From positions 9,150 to 73,149 of the forward strand of contig CAJXKW010000002.1 in NCBI GenBank assembly GCA_913055855.1: a stretch of DNA of 64,000 bases. Direction: 5' to 3'. Numbering within the stretch: the first letter of the stretch is position 1; each line of letters begins with the position of its first letter. The notes below the pieces were generated by a model. The model was not told the DNA's origin. It did not search any database and was given only the letters and a program-made list of their open reading frames with translations. Both the position numbers and the translations under genes were made by a program. Below, one piece after another: positions 47,809-58,039 of the stretch. This DNA is from an uncultured Limimonas sp. Lineage in GTDB: Bacteria > Pseudomonadota > Alphaproteobacteria > Kiloniellales > Rhodovibrionaceae.

Positions 47809-49392
47809 ATGGCCTTGGACCAGGCGGTAGCGCTTACCTTCACCGTGGACGGCGGTCCCGAGGACCAGTTCCGCGTCTTCCACTTCCGCGGCGAGGAGGA
47901 AATCGCGGCGCTCTACCGCTTCGAGGTCGACGCGGTGGCCCGGGATTCCGACATCGCCCTCGAAACCCTGCTGCACCGCCGGGCGCGCCTTACCATCGCC
48001 GACCGGCGCGCCACCCGGCACGTGCCAGGCATGATTGCGGCCGTGGAACAGCGCGGCGAAACGCACACCCACGCCTTCATCTACCGCTTCACCCTGGTCC
48101 CGCGCGCGGCCAAACTCGACCTGAGCCGGCAGAACCAGATCTACGGCACGCTGGAGGGCGTTAATCTTCTCGATGTCGCGCGCGCGGAATTGACCGGCGA
48201 GGGCGTGCGCGGTCCAGCCGTCGAGGCGGCGAGCTACCTGGCCGCGCACGAGGTGGACTTCGACCGCGTGTGGGAAACCGACAGCTACCCCAAGCGCGAC
48301 TACATCGTGCAGTATGCGGAATCCGACTGGGCGTTCATTTCCCGCCTTCTGGAACACTGGGGGATCTTCCACTACTTCCGTCCCGAGGAAGCGGGCGAGA
48401 TCCTGGTGCTGGGCGACGGCAACCACGCCTTCGCCAACGCCGCCGGCTCGGGCGACGCCGCGGGCGGAAGCGGGGGCGACGCGCCGCCGGCGTTTCCCTA
48501 CCGGCCCCATTCGGGCCTGGGCGCCGCCGACGCCCAGGCCGTGCACCGTTTCAGCGCGCGCGCCAAGGGCCTGCCCAAGAAGCTGGTGCTCAAGGACTAC
48601 AACTGGCGCAACCCCAACATCCCGCTCCAGGCCGAGGCCGAGGTCGACCCGGAGGGGCACGGCGTCGTCGCGGAATACGGCGACCATTTCCGCACCCCAA
48701 TGGAGGGCCAGACCCTGGCGCGGATCCGCGCCGAGGAGCTGCGCGCGCAAAAGCGCGTCTTCGACGGCGCCAGCGACTGTGTGCCCTTCGTTCCCGGGCA
48801 TCGCATCGCGCTCACCGAGCACTTCCGCAGCGACTACAACCGGAGCTACGTCCTCGTCTCGGTCGTCCACGAGGGGCGCCAGCCCCTGGGCGACGCCGCG
48901 GTCGATCCCGAGACGAGCGGCCCCGATTACCGCAACACCTTCGTCGCCATCCCGGACGATGTGCCCTACCGCCCGCCGCGGCGCACGCCCAAGCCCCGGG
49001 TGCCGGGCCTGTTCACAGCGCACGTGGACGCCGCCGGCGCCGGCACGCGGGCGGAAATCGACGGCGATGGCTGCTACAAGGTTCGGGTGCCCTTCGACCT
49101 GGCAGGCAGCCCCGAGGGCAAGGCGTCGCGTTTCGTGCGCCGGTCCCAGCCCTACGGCGGCCGCATCGACCAGGAGGGCAACGGCGAGCCCGTCAGCGGC
49201 TTCCATTTCCCCCTGCTCAAGGGCACCGAAGTGGTCTGCGCCTGCATCAACGGCGACCCCGACCGCCCGGTCATCGTCGGGGCGATGCCCAACCGCCTGG
49301 GCCCGAGCGTGGTGCAGAGCGGCTCGCAGACGCGCAACCGCGTGAAGACCGCCAGCGGCATCGTCATGCAGTTCGAGGACAGCACGGCATAA
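47809..49392 (+). CDS. vgrG: VgrG N-terminal core (gp27 + gp5-OB), truncated at 527 aa with no beta-helical spike
   Basis: FRVFHFRGEEEIAALYRFEVDAVA..., DYIVQYAESDWAFISRLLEHWGIFHYF and GTEVVCACINGDPDRPVIVGAMPN are canonical VgrG motifs. The ORF stops about 30 aa after the OB fold. Confidence 0.85.
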   Translation: MALDQAVALTFTVDGGPEDQFRVFHFRGEEEIAALYRFEVDAVARDSDIALETLLHRRARLTIADRRATRHVPGMIAAVEQRGETHTHAFIYRFTLVPRAAKLDLSRQNQIYGTLEGVNLLDVARAELTGEGVRGPAVEAASYLAAHEVDFDRVWETDSYPKRDYIVQYAESDWAFISRLLEHWGIFHYFRPEEAGEILVLGDGNHAFANAAGSGDAAGGSGGDAPPAFPYRPHSGLGAADAQAVHRFSARAKGLPKKLVLKDYNWRNPNIPLQAEAEVDPEGHGVVAEYGDHFRTPMEGQTLARIRAEELRAQKRVFDGASDCVPFVPGHRIALTEHFRSDYNRSYVLVSVVHEGRQPLGDAAVDPETSGPDYRNTFVAIPDDVPYRPPRRTPKPRVPGLFTAHVDAAGAGTRAEIDGDGCYKVRVPFDLAGSPEGKASRFVRRSQPYGGRIDQEGNGEPVSGFHFPLLKGTEVVCACINGDPDRPVIVGAMPNRLGPSVVQSGSQTRNRVKTASGIVMQFEDSTA

Positions 49393-49520
49393 CCCGGCGC
49401 GGTTGCGCCCCGGCTGCGGCGTCGCACACACCTTCCCGCACCTCCGGCGCCGCGACCACCCGCGGAATCGGAAAAGCCGGCCACGGCGTAGCCGCCGCGA
49501 CCGGCCCATCACTGTTCCCC

Positions 49521-49543
49521 GCCGGCGCGCTTGCAACGCCGGC
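49521..49543. terminator. GC-rich hairpin between the convergent vgrG and rplQ genes
   Basis: GCCGGCG-cgcttgcaa-CGCCGGC forms a perfect 7-bp stem. There is no U-tract on either strand, so terminator function is uncertain. Confidence 0.3.
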
Positions 49544-49573
49544 TGGCCGCGCCCTACACGGCGCGGCTACGAC

Positions 49574-49993
49574 TCAATCCGCGTCTTCCTCATCGTTTTC
49601 CGCGGTCGGGCCGCTGTCCTGGCCCTTCGCGTCGGGATCGCGGTCGACCAGCTCGATCACTGCCATGGGCGCCATGTCGCCCTGACGGAAGCCGGCCTTG
49701 AGCACGCGCGTGTAGCCGCCGGGCCGGTTCTGGTACCGGGGGCCGAGGACGTCGAAGAGCTTGCGCGTCATCGCCTCGTCGCGGAGCTTGCTCGCCGCGC
49801 GCCGGCGGTTCGCCAGATCGCCCTTCTTGCCCATGGTGATGAGGCGCTCGGTAACCCGGCGCAGCTCTTTCGCCTTGGGCAGTGTGGTCACGATCTGCTC
49901 GTGTTTGATCAGCGACCCGGCCATGTTGGCGAACATCGCCTGGCGATGGCTGCTTGTGCGGTTGAGTTTGCGGCCGGCCTTGGCGTGACGCAT
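49574..49993 (-). CDS. rplQ: 50S ribosomal protein L17
   Basis: [46 protein letters not shown]. Confidence 0.95.
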   Translation of the reverse strand: MRHAKAGRKLNRTSSHRQAMFANMAGSLIKHEQIVTTLPKAKELRRVTERLITMGKKGDLANRRRAASKLRDEAMTRKLFDVLGPRYQNRPGGYTRVLKAGFRQGDMAPMAVIELVDRDPDAKGQDSGPTAENDEEDAD

Positions 49994-50222
49994 AGCACTA
50001 TCTCCTTATCGTGGCCGCGCCCCTTTTCCGGGGGGCGGCGCGACGTCGCTCGGATCGTCCTCCCGGTTGAACCTCTGGTCCCGCGCACGGAACCGATTGC
50101 GCTGCGCGACGCCGCGCTCCGCCGTGGGGAGCGGGTACGCCGCGGGGGAGCCGGACCTGGCTCCGACCGGGGCCGCGCGCACGGCCCCTTGCCCTTGATG
50201 CAGGTGTCGGGCGACGCGCTGG

Positions 50223-51239
50223 CTAGTACGGCTCCTCGAGCCTCTTCGCCAGCTCCTCGATGTTCTCCGGCGGCCAGCCCGGAACGTCCATGCCCAGGCT
50301 CAGCCCCATCTGGGAGAGCACTTCCTTGATCTCATTCAGCGACTTGCGCCCGAAGTTGGGCGTGCGCAGCATCTCGCCCTCGGTCTTCTGGACGAGGTCG
50401 CCGATGTAGACGATGTTGTCGTTCTTCAGGCAGTTCGCCGAACGCACCGACAGCTCGAGTTCGTCCACCTTGCGCAGGAGGTTCTTGTTGAACGGCAGCT
50501 CGCTGCCCGCCTCCTCGTCGCGGCCGAGCTGCGGCTCCTCGAAGTTGATGAAGAGCTGCAACTGATCCTGCAGGATGCGCGCCGCCAGAGCCACGGCGTC
50601 CTCGGGCTTGGTCGCGCCGTTCGTCTCCACGTCGATGGTGAGCTTGTCGTAGTCGGTGACCTGCCCGACGCGCGAGTTCTCCACGCGGTAGGCGACCTTG
50701 CGGACCGGCGAGAACACCGCGTCCACCGGGATGAGCCCGATCGGCGCGTCGTCCGGGCGGTTCTGCGAGCCCGGGACGTAGCCCTTCCCGGTCTCGACGG
50801 TCATCTCCATGTCGAAGCGCGCGCCGTCGTCAAGGGTGCAGATCACGAGGCTCGGGTTCATCACCTCGATGTCGTGGCCCGTCTCGATCTGACGCGCACG
50901 GACCTCGCCCGGGCCTTCGGCGCGCAGCCGCATGCGCTTGGGCCCGTCGCCGTGCATGCGCAGGGCCAGCGCCTTGACGTTGAGCACGATGTCGGTGACG
51001 TCCTCGCGTACACCCGGGATCGACGAGAACTCGTGCAGCACCCCGTCGATCTGGATCGCCGTCACGGCCGCGCCCTGCAGCGAGCTGAGCAGGATGCGGC
51101 GCAAGGCGTTGCCCAGCGTCAGCCCGAAGCCGCGCTCGAGCGGCTCGGCCACCACCTGCGCCGCGCGGCGGGGGTCGGTGCCGCCCTTGATATCAAGCTT
51201 GTTGGGCTTGATGAGATCCGTCCAGTTCTTCTGAAGCAC
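50223..51239 (-). CDS. rpoA: DNA-directed RNA polymerase alpha subunit
   Basis: (V)[16 protein letters not shown]...; the C-terminal domain reads [24 protein letters not shown]. The start is set at GTG 51239 by analogy with the M-x-QKNW N-termini. Confidence 0.95.
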   Translation of the reverse strand: MLQKNWTDLIKPNKLDIKGGTDPRRAAQVVAEPLERGFGLTLGNALRRILLSSLQGAAVTAIQIDGVLHEFSSIPGVREDVTDIVLNVKALALRMHGDGPKRMRLRAEGPGEVRARQIETGHDIEVMNPSLVICTLDDGARFDMEMTVETGKGYVPGSQNRPDDAPIGLIPVDAVFSPVRKVAYRVENSRVGQVTDYDKLTIDVETNGATKPEDAVALAARILQDQLQLFINFEEPQLGRDEEAGSELPFNKNLLRKVDELELSVRSANCLKNDNIVYIGDLVQKTEGEMLRTPNFGRKSLNEIKEVLSQMGLSLGMDVPGWPPENIEELAKRLEEPY

Positions 51240-51308
51240 GACTGCGCCTCTCACGCTTGCCTGGTCTGGATATAGGCCGGCTGCGCCGCGTGCGTGCCGG
51301 CCGGAGGC

Positions 51309-51701
51309 TTACACCCGGCGGCGCTTGGGCGGCCGGCAGCCGTTGTGCGGGATGGGCGTGACGTCGCGGATCGCGGTGATGGAGAAGCCGCAGCCCTGAA
51401 GCGCGCGCAGCGCCGACTCGCGCCCCGACCCGGGTCCCTTCACGTTGACCTCGAGGGTCTTCATGCCGTGCTCCTGCGCCTTCCGGCCGGCGTTTTCCGC
51501 CGCCACCTGCGCCGCATAGGGCGTGGACTTGCGCGAGCCCTTGAAGCCCATCATCCCCGACGTGGCCCAGGAGATCGCGTTCCCCTGCACGTCGGTAATG
51601 GTCACCATCGTGTTGTTGAAACTCGCGTTCACGTGGGCAATGCCCGACGAGATATTTTTGCGTTCGCGCTTGCGCAGACGTCCTTGGGTCGCTTTCGCCA
51701 T
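51309..51701 (-). CDS. rpsK: 30S ribosomal protein S11
   Basis: [30 protein letters not shown]... Confidence 0.95.
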   Translation of the reverse strand: MAKATQGRLRKRERKNISSGIAHVNASFNNTMVTITDVQGNAISWATSGMMGFKGSRKSTPYAAQVAAENAGRKAQEHGMKTLEVNVKGPGSGRESALRALQGCGFSITAIRDVTPIPHNGCRPPKRRRV

Positions 51702-51776
51702 GTCGTCTCGGATCCGCCGTTGTCGCTGTCGCCGCGTCCGGCGCGCGGCGCGCGCCCGCTTCGCGGCGTGTGGGTT

Positions 51777-52157
51777 CTACTTCTTGCCGCCCTTCTTCTT
51801 CCCGGCGATCGCCTTGGCCGGCCCCTTGCGCGTGCGCGCATTGGTGTGCGTGCGCTGGCCGTTGACGGGCAGCCCCTTGCGATGCCGCAGGCCGCGGTAG
51901 CAGCCCAGGTCCATCAGGCGCTTGATGTTCATGGCCACCTCGCGCCGGAGGTCGCCCTCGACCGTGTAGTCCCGGTCGATGGCCTCACGGATGCGCACGA
52001 TCTCGTCCTCCGTGAGATCGTTTACCCGGCGCGAGACGGGGATGTTCAGCGTCTGGCAGATGGTGTTCGCCTGCGTGTGCCCGATCCCGTGGATGTAGGT
52101 CAGGGCGATGGGCACCCGCTTCTGCGTGGGAATGTTAACGCCCGCAATGCGTGCCAC
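51777..52157 (-). CDS. rpsM: 30S ribosomal protein S13
   Basis: [26 protein letters not shown]... Confidence 0.95.
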   Translation of the reverse strand: MARIAGVNIPTQKRVPIALTYIHGIGHTQANTICQTLNIPVSRRVNDLTEDEIVRIREAIDRDYTVEGDLRREVAMNIKRLMDLGCYRGLRHRKGLPVNGQRTHTNARTRKGPAKAIAGKKKGGKK

Positions 52158-52210
52158 GTGCGGTCTCCTTCGTCGTGTCTCGCCGCTTTGTGTTCGCGAA
52201 AAAGATCGGA

Positions 52211-52246
52211 CAAACGCAAAACGCCGGGCCGCCTCAGCGCCCGGGG
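52211..52246 (-). terminator. intrinsic terminator-like hairpin after adk
   Basis: The minus strand reads CCCCGGGC-gctgaggcg-GCCCGGCG followed by TTTTGCGTTTG. It lies in the 135-nt adk-rpsM spacer. Confidence 0.5.
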
Positions 52247-52292
52247 AGGTTGCGGCACTATACGTACCGCAATCCCCGTGTCAAGCGCCGTC

Positions 52293-52964
52293 TCAAGCGC
52301 CGCCGTCCAGCGCGCCCGCGCGCCGGAGCACGTCGTCGATCTGCCGTGTGACCTCGTCGATATCCGCCATACCGTCGACCCGCCACAGGATTCCGGCGGT
52401 CTCGTAGTACGGCAGGATGGGCGCGGTCTGCTCCCGGTACGCTTCCATGCGCGAGCGCACCGTCGCCTCGTTGTCGTCGTCACGGCGGCGGAACTCGGTC
52501 CCGCCGCAGGCGTCGCAGACGCCCGGTGTCTGCGGATTGTGGAACTCGTCGTGGTAGCCCGCCCCGCACTTGGCGCAGGAATAGCGCCCGGTGATGCGCC
52601 GGACCAGGGCCTCCTCGTCCACCTTCAGCTCGATCACCGCATCCAGCTTCGTGCCATGGCGCGTCAGCATGGAGTCCAGCGCCTCGGCCTGTGCCGTGGT
52701 ACGGGGGAACCCGTCCAGGATAAAGCCCTTCGCGCAGTCCGGCTGCTGGATACGCTCCTCGATCATCTGCACCATGAGGTCATCGGGCATCAGCTCGCCC
52801 GCGTCCATGACGCGCTTGGCCTGCTGGCCCAGCTCGCTGCCCGACTTCACGGCCGCACGGAGCATGTCGCCGGTGGCGAGTTGGGGCACGCCGTAGGTCT
52901 GCTCCAAGCGCTTCGCCTGCGTGCCCTTACCCGCACCCGGCGGCCCGAGGAGAATGATGTTCAT
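52293..52964 (-). CDS. adk: adenylate kinase (long form with a Cys4 lid)
   Basis: MNIILLGPPGAGKGTQAKRL...; the lid reads CAKCGAGYH...CDACGG. Confidence 0.95.
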   Translation of the reverse strand: MNIILLGPPGAGKGTQAKRLEQTYGVPQLATGDMLRAAVKSGSELGQQAKRVMDAGELMPDDLMVQMIEERIQQPDCAKGFILDGFPRTTAQAEALDSMLTRHGTKLDAVIELKVDEEALVRRITGRYSCAKCGAGYHDEFHNPQTPGVCDACGGTEFRRRDDDNEATVRSRMEAYREQTAPILPYYETAGILWRVDGMADIDEVTRQIDDVLRRAGALDGGA

Positions 52965-54307
52965 CTGCGGCTCCCCTTCAACTTGGCTTTCTTGATGAGG
53001 CCCTCGTACTGGTGCGCCATCAGGTGCGAGTGAACCTGCGCCACCGTGTCCATGGTCACGGACACCACGATCAGAAGGCTCGTTCCGCCGAAGTAGAAGG
53101 GCACGTTGTACTGCGAGATCAGAATCTCGGGCAGGAGCGCCACGAGCGCCAGGTAAATCGCGCCAACCGTGGTGAGGCGCATCAGCACGTAGTTGATGTA
53201 GTTGGCCGTGTTCTTACCGGGCCGGATACCCGGAATAAACCCGCCGTTCTTCTTCAGGTTCTCCGCCGTGTCCTCCGGATTGAAGACGATGGAGGTGTAG
53301 AAGAACGCGAAGAAGACGATCATGGTGACGTAGAACAGCAGGTGCAGCGGCTGTCCGCGGCCCAGCAGCGCGGTCACGCCGGTCAGCCAGTCCGGCCCGC
53401 CGCTGCCCGAGAAACCGGCCACCGTCAGCGGCATCAGCAGCAGCGAGGAGGCAAAGATCAGCGGGATCACACCGGCCGAGTTGAGCTTGATGGGCAGGTG
53501 CGACTTCTCCCCGCCGAACATCTTATTGCCCACCTGGCGCTTGGGATACTGCACCACCAGGCGCCGCTGCGCGCGCTCCATGAACACGATGAAGGCGATC
53601 ACCGCCACCGCCATGATCATGACGAAGATGATTACGCCGGTGGAGAGCGCACCCGTGCGCCCGAGCTCCAGCGTGCTCGCCACGGCCTGGGGCAGGTTCG
53701 CCACGATGCCGGAGAAGATGATCAGCGAGATGCCGTTGCCCACGCCGCGCTGGGTGATCTGCTCGCCCAGCCACATCAGGAAAATCGTCCCGCCGGCGAG
53801 CGTGACCACCGTGGTGAAGCGGAAGAACCAGCCGGGATCGATGACCGCCGACTCGCCGCCGGGGCCGCGCATCCCCTCCAGGCCCACGGCGATCCCGTAC
53901 GCCTGAACCGCCGCCAGCAGCACCGTCCCGTAGCGGGTGTACTGGTTGATTTTCTTCCGGCCGCTCTCGCCCTCTTTCTTGAGCTGGTCCAGCGTGGGCG
54001 AGACGGCCGTCATGAGCTGCATGATAATGGCCGCGGAAATGTAGGGCATGATGCTGAGCGCGAAGATCGTCATGCGCCCGAGCGAGCCGCCCGAGAACAT
54101 GTTGAACATGCCCAGCATGCCCTGGGACTGCTGCTCGAAGATCTGCGACAGCGCGGCCGGATCGATCCCGGGCACGGGGATGTAGGTGCCCAGCCGATAG
54201 ATCACCAGCGCGCCCAAAGTGAACCAGATCCGCTTCTTCAGCTCGGTCGCCTTGGCGAACGCGCCGAAGTTCAGATTGCTGGCAAGTTGTTCCGCGGCCG
54301 AAGCCAT
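52961..54307 (-). CDS. secY: preprotein translocase subunit SecY
   Basis: The 448-aa ORF has 10 TM segments. Motifs include LKKRIWFTLGALVIYRLGTYIPVPGID and GGFIPGIRPGKNTA. Confidence 0.95.
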   Translation of the reverse strand: MASAAEQLASNLNFGAFAKATELKKRIWFTLGALVIYRLGTYIPVPGIDPAALSQIFEQQSQGMLGMFNMFSGGSLGRMTIFALSIMPYISAAIIMQLMTAVSPTLDQLKKEGESGRKKINQYTRYGTVLLAAVQAYGIAVGLEGMRGPGGESAVIDPGWFFRFTTVVTLAGGTIFLMWLGEQITQRGVGNGISLIIFSGIVANLPQAVASTLELGRTGALSTGVIIFVMIMAVAVIAFIVFMERAQRRLVVQYPKRQVGNKMFGGEKSHLPIKLNSAGVIPLIFASSLLLMPLTVAGFSGSGGPDWLTGVTALLGRGQPLHLLFYVTMIVFFAFFYTSIVFNPEDTAENLKKNGGFIPGIRPGKNTANYINYVLMRLTTVGAIYLALVALLPEILISQYNVPFYFGGTSLLIVVSVTMDTVAQVHSHLMAHQYEGLIKKAKLKGSRR

Positions 54308-54395
54308 GTCGCGATGCTCTCCTTAGCGCCGGCGGGTCACGCACGCGCGCAGCCGGGCGCGGTGCACCCACCGCGCCCGGCGCGCCGAAAGGACG

Positions 54396-54923
54396 TCAGC
54401 CCTGCTCACTCGACGCCGCCTTGCCGCGCTTGGTCTTGCGCGCCTCGGCCGCGGCGAGCTTCTCGGCGTTCTCGATGGTCACCGAGCCGCCCGCGGCCTC
54501 GACGGCCTGGCGCGCGCTCTTCGACGCGCCGGCGACGACCAGATCCAGTTTGGCGTTCAGCTCGCCCCGGCCGAGGACGCGTACGCCGTCGTGCGTACGC
54601 TTCACGATCCCGGCCCCGCGTACGGCCGCGGCGTCGACGGGCTGCGCCGTATCCAGGCGCCCATTGTCCACGGCCTTCTGGAGCTGGTCCAGATTCACCT
54701 CGGCGAAGGTCTTGGCCCACTTGTTGGTGAAGCCGCGCTTGGGCAGCCGCCGGTGAAGCGGCATCTGGCCGCCCTCGAACGCACCCAGCGCCTTGCCGCG
54801 CCGGGACTTCTGGCCCTTGTGGCCACGCCCGCAGGTCTTGCCCAGACCGGAACCGATGCCCCGGCCGACGCGCTTGCGATAATGCGTCGCGCCTTCGTTG
54901 TCGCGAATCTCGTTGTGTTTCAT
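54396..54923 (-). CDS. rplO: 50S ribosomal protein L15
   Basis: [28 protein letters not shown]... Confidence 0.95.
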   Translation of the reverse strand: MKHNEIRDNEGATHYRKRVGRGIGSGLGKTCGRGHKGQKSRRGKALGAFEGGQMPLHRRLPKRGFTNKWAKTFAEVNLDQLQKAVDNGRLDTAQPVDAAAVRGAGIVKRTHDGVRVLGRGELNAKLDLVVAGASKSARQAVEAAGGSVTIENAEKLAAAEARKTKRGKAASSEQG

Positions 54924-54944
54924 CGCCTCGCCTTTTCACGCACG

Positions 54945-55051
54945 GACCGGCCCGCACCGGGGCCGGTCGCCGTTTGCCTCGTCTCGACTCTGCGGCGAGG
55001 CCCGGGCCTCGCCGCGGCGGCGGTTGTCGCCGGCGCCTGTCTCGGGCGCCG
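54945..55051 (-). other. three GC-rich hairpins filling the 128-nt rpmD-rplO spacer
   Basis: GACCGGCCC/GGGCCGGTC lies at 54945-54968. A perfect 20-nt palindrome, GGCGAGGCCCGGGCCTCGCC, lies at 54994-55013. CGGCGCC/GGCGCCG lies at 55031-55051. Confidence 0.45.
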
Positions 55052-55258
55052 TCAGCCCGCGTCTTCCTCGACGCGAATCAGATGCTGCACCTTCCGGACC
55101 ATGCCGCGCACGGCCGGCGTGTCCTCGAGCACGCGGCTCCGGCCAATGCGGGTCAAGCCCAGCCCGCGCAGCGTCTCGCGCTGCCGCCGGCCACGATGGT
55201 CGCCGGCGCGCACCTGAGTCACGCGGATCTTGCCGTTGGACTGCGCCATGGTTGTCAC
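55052..55258 (-). CDS. rpmD: 50S ribosomal protein L30
   Basis: [53 protein letters not shown]. Confidence 0.9.
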   Translation of the reverse strand: MTTMAQSNGKIRVTQVRAGDHRGRRQRETLRGLGLTRIGRSRVLEDTPAVRGMVRKVQHLIRVEEDAG

Positions 55259-55797
55259 TCCCCGCTGCTGTGCGCGGATTCGCGGCGGCTGACGATGTCG
55301 GAGACCTTCTTGCCGCGCTTCTGGGCCACCTGGCGCGGGCTGCGCGTGCCGCGCAGGCCCTCGATGGAAGCCTTGATCATGTTGTGCGGGTTCTGCGTGC
55401 CGTGGGACTTCGCCACCACGTCCTGCACGCCCAGGGCCTCGAAGATCGCGCGCATGGGACCGCCCGCGATGATGCCGGTGCCCGGCGGCGCCGCGCGGAT
55501 CGTGACGTGGCCCGCGCCGTAACGGCCCTTGGCATCGTGGTGCAGCGTCCGGCCCTCGCGCAACGGCACCCGGACCATGTTGCGCTTGGCCTGGTCCGTC
55601 GCCTTGCGGATCGCCTCCGGCACCTCGCGCGCCTTGCCGTTGCCGTAGCCGACCCGGCCCTTGCCGTCGCCCACGATCATCAGCGCGGCGAAGCCAAAAC
55701 GCCGGCCACCCTTCACCACCTTGGCCACACGGTTGATGTGGACCAGCTTTTCGATCAGCTCGCTATCCTCGCGGCGATCTTGCTTTTCGCGTGCCAT
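55255..55797 (-). CDS. rpsE: 30S ribosomal protein S5
   Basis: [46 protein letters not shown]... Confidence 0.95.
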   Translation of the reverse strand: MAREKQDRREDSELIEKLVHINRVAKVVKGGRRFGFAALMIVGDGKGRVGYGNGKAREVPEAIRKATDQAKRNMVRVPLREGRTLHHDAKGRYGAGHVTIRAAPPGTGIIAGGPMRAIFEALGVQDVVAKSHGTQNPHNMIKASIEGLRGTRSPRQVAQKRGKKVSDIVSRRESAHSSGE

Positions 55798-55812
55798 CTC
55801 GTTTCGTCCCGC

Positions 55813-56175
55813 TTAGAACTGCAGGCCGCTCTCGCGCGCCGCCTCGGCGAGCGCCTTGACACGGCCGTGGTACAGGTAGCCACCGCGGTCGAAGACGACC
55901 TGGGTCACACCGGCCTGGACGGCGCGCTCGGCAACCGTCTTGCCCACCTGCGCGGCCGCGTCGGCATCGCCGCTCTTGGTCAGCGAACCGCGCAGGTTCC
56001 GATCGACCGTGGAGGCCTGCGCCAGGGTGTGGCCCTGGCGGTCGTCGATGACCTGGGCATAAATGTGCTTGTTCGACCGGAACACGGACAGCCGAGGCCG
56101 ATCGCCCGCCTTCTGGCGCAGGCTCGTACGAACCCGCCGCTTGCGGCGCTGCTGAAGCTCGCGTGCGCTGAGCAT
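55813..56175 (-). CDS. rplR: 50S ribosomal protein L18
   Basis: [20 protein letters not shown]...[26 protein letters not shown]. Confidence 0.95.
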   Translation of the reverse strand: MLSARELQQRRKRRVRTSLRQKAGDRPRLSVFRSNKHIYAQVIDDRQGHTLAQASTVDRNLRGSLTKSGDADAAAQVGKTVAERAVQAGVTQVVFDRGGYLYHGRVKALAEAARESGLQF

Positions 56176-56177
56176 GG

Positions 56178-56711
56178 CTATTTCTTCTTGCCTTCTTTCC
56201 GCAGGATCGTCTCGTCCACGTACTTGATCCCCTTGCCCTTGTACGGCTCGGGCGCCTTTTGCTGGCGGATCTCCGCCGCGACCTGGCCGACCTGCTGCTT
56301 GCTCGCGCCCGATACCTTGATGGAGGTGGGCTTGTCACACTGAATCGTGATGCCCTCCGGGATCGGGTAGTAGATGTCGTGGCTGTAGCCGAGCTCCATG
56401 CGCAGGTAGCCGCCCTTGACCTCGGCGCGGAAACCCACGCCGACGATCTCCAGCTCCTTCGTGAAGCCCGTCGACACGCCCGTGACCATGTTCTGCACAA
56501 CCGCGCGGGTGGTGCCCCACATGGCGCGGGCGTCGTTGCTCTCGTCCACCGGGCGCACGCGGAACTGGCCGTCGCGGATCTCCGTGTTGACGAGGCCGTT
56601 CACCGGCGTGGACAGCTCGCCCAGCTTGCCCTTGGCCGTGATCGCCGACTCCCCGATTTCCAGCTCGACGCCGTCGGGGATGTCGACCGGTTTGGTGCCT
56701 ACGCGGGACAT
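56178..56711 (-). CDS. rplF: 50S ribosomal protein L6
   Basis: [19 protein letters not shown]...[13 protein letters not shown]. Confidence 0.95.
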   Translation of the reverse strand: MSRVGTKPVDIPDGVELEIGESAITAKGKLGELSTPVNGLVNTEIRDGQFRVRPVDESNDARAMWGTTRAVVQNMVTGVSTGFTKELEIVGVGFRAEVKGGYLRMELGYSHDIYYPIPEGITIQCDKPTSIKVSGASKQQVGQVAAEIRQQKAPEPYKGKGIKYVDETILRKEGKKK

Positions 56712-56729
56712 CGTCTCTCGTCTCCTCGC

Positions 56730-57128
56730 CTAGAATACCCGGCAGAGGACCTCGCCGCCGACGTTCGCGGCGCGCGCCTCCGCGTCCGAGAGCACGCCCT
56801 GGGGCGTGGACAGGATGGTGATGCCCAGGCCGTTGTAGACGCGCGGGAGTTCGCGGATCTTCGAGTACACGCGCCGGCCCGGCGTGGACACGCGCGAGAT
56901 CTCCCGGATCACCGGCGTACCCTCGGCGTACTTGAGTTCGATCTCGACCTCGCGCACGCCCTTGCGCAGCTCCCGGTCCGTGTAGCCGCGGATGTAGCCC
57001 TCACGCTCCAGCACCGCGAGCACATTCCGGTGCAGACGCGAGCTGGGGGCCTGGATGGATTTCTTGTTGGCCTGCTGCCCGTTGCGGATCCGGGTCAGCA
57101 GATCCCCGAGCGGATCGCTCATCGCCAT
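56730..57128 (-). CDS. rpsH: 30S ribosomal protein S8
   Basis: MAMSDPLGDLLTRIRNGQQANKK...GGEVLCRVF. Confidence 0.95.
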   Translation of the reverse strand: MAMSDPLGDLLTRIRNGQQANKKSIQAPSSRLHRNVLAVLEREGYIRGYTDRELRKGVREVEIELKYAEGTPVIREISRVSTPGRRVYSKIRELPRVYNGLGITILSTPQGVLSDAEARAANVGGEVLCRVF

Positions 57129-57146
57129 GGCGCGGCGCTCCTTCCC

Positions 57147-57452
57147 TTACCAGCTCGACTTCGTCACGCCGGGGAGCTGCCCCGAGGACGCCAGCTCGCG
57201 AAGCGCGATGCGTGAGACCCGGAACTTGCGATGAAAGCTGCGCGGACGGCCGGTCATCTCGCACCGGTTCACGATGCGGGTGGGCGACGCGTTGCGCGGC
57301 AGCTTCGCCAGCTCCAGCGACGCCTGGAAGCGCTCCTCCTGCGGCAGGGAGGCGTCGTGGAGCTTGGCCTTGAGCGCCTTGCGCTTCTCGGCGTACTTGC
57401 TGGCCAGGCGCTGGCGCTTCTTGTTCTGCTGGACCTTGCCCTTGTTGGCCAT
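57147..57452 (-). CDS. rpsN: 30S ribosomal protein S14 (long, 101 aa form)
   Basis: ...[40 protein letters not shown]. Confidence 0.95.
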   Translation of the reverse strand: MANKGKVQQNKKRQRLASKYAEKRKALKAKLHDASLPQEERFQASLELAKLPRNASPTRIVNRCEMTGRPRSFHRKFRVSRIALRELASSGQLPGVTKSSW

Positions 57453-57476
57453 CTCGAACCTCTCCTCGTGCGCCGA

Positions 57477-58019
57477 TCACTGCCGGAACGGCATGTCGAA
57501 ACCCTTCAGGAGGGCGTGCGCCTCCTTGTCGGATTCCGCGGTTGTGCAAATCACGATGTCCATGCCCCGGATTTCGTCCACGGAGTCGTAATCGACCTCC
57601 GGAAAGACGATCTGCTCGCGCAGGCCCATGGTGAAGTTGCCGCGACCGTCGAAGCTCTTCGGGCTGACGCCGCGAAAATCGCGCACGCGCGGCAGGGCGA
57701 TCGTCACCAGCCGGTCCAGGAACTCGTACATGCGGTCCCGGCGCAGCGTGACCTTGGCGCCGATGGGCATGTTCTGGCGAACGCGGAAGCCGGCAATCGA
57801 CTTTTTCGCGCGCGTCAGGACCGCCCGCTGACCGGACAGCCGGGTGAGCTGCTCCTGCGCGGCCTGGACCTTCTTCTGGTCGCGCACGGCCTCGCCCACG
57901 CCCATGTTGATGACGATCTTCTCCAGCTTGGGTACCTGCATGGGATTGGCGTACTCGAACGCCTGTTGCAGGTCGGAGCGGACCTTGTCCTCGTAGTGTT
58001 TTTTCAGTCGCGCCGCCAT
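57477..58019 (-). CDS. rplE: 50S ribosomal protein L5
   Basis: [44 protein letters not shown]... The start is set at the internal ATG. Confidence 0.95.
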   Translation of the reverse strand: MAARLKKHYEDKVRSDLQQAFEYANPMQVPKLEKIVINMGVGEAVRDQKKVQAAQEQLTRLSGQRAVLTRAKKSIAGFRVRQNMPIGAKVTLRRDRMYEFLDRLVTIALPRVRDFRGVSPKSFDGRGNFTMGLREQIVFPEVDYDSVDEIRGMDIVICTTAESDKEAHALLKGFDMPFRQ

Positions 58020-58039
58020 GGTTTCAACTACTCCATCCA

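Noticed and set aside
44094-47843. 1249-aa minus-strand ORF spanning 3.7 kb
   Set aside because: It is antisense to two plus-strand genes with recognisable domains: an autotransporter barrel ending in Phe, and a Calx-beta/cadherin repeat protein with good SDs. Its own translation is Arg/Gly/Ala-rich with no motifs and crosses an intergenic gap. This is the typical stop-codon-poor antisense frame of high-GC DNA.
34552-49392. A complete T6SS locus
   Set aside because: Only spike and adaptor components are present (two VgrG, DUF2169, DUF3540, PAAR-like). No TssB/C sheath, Hcp, TssE-G/K baseplate, TssJLM or ClpV signatures appear in any frame of the window.
15298-49573. CRISPR arrays, tRNA/tmRNA genes, integrases or transposases marking the accessory block
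   Set aside because: I saw no regularly spaced direct repeats, no tRNA-like T-arm motif (GGTTCGAATCC-type) and no recombinase or transposase-like ORFs by eye. The absence needs confirmation with tRNAscan and ISfinder-type tools.
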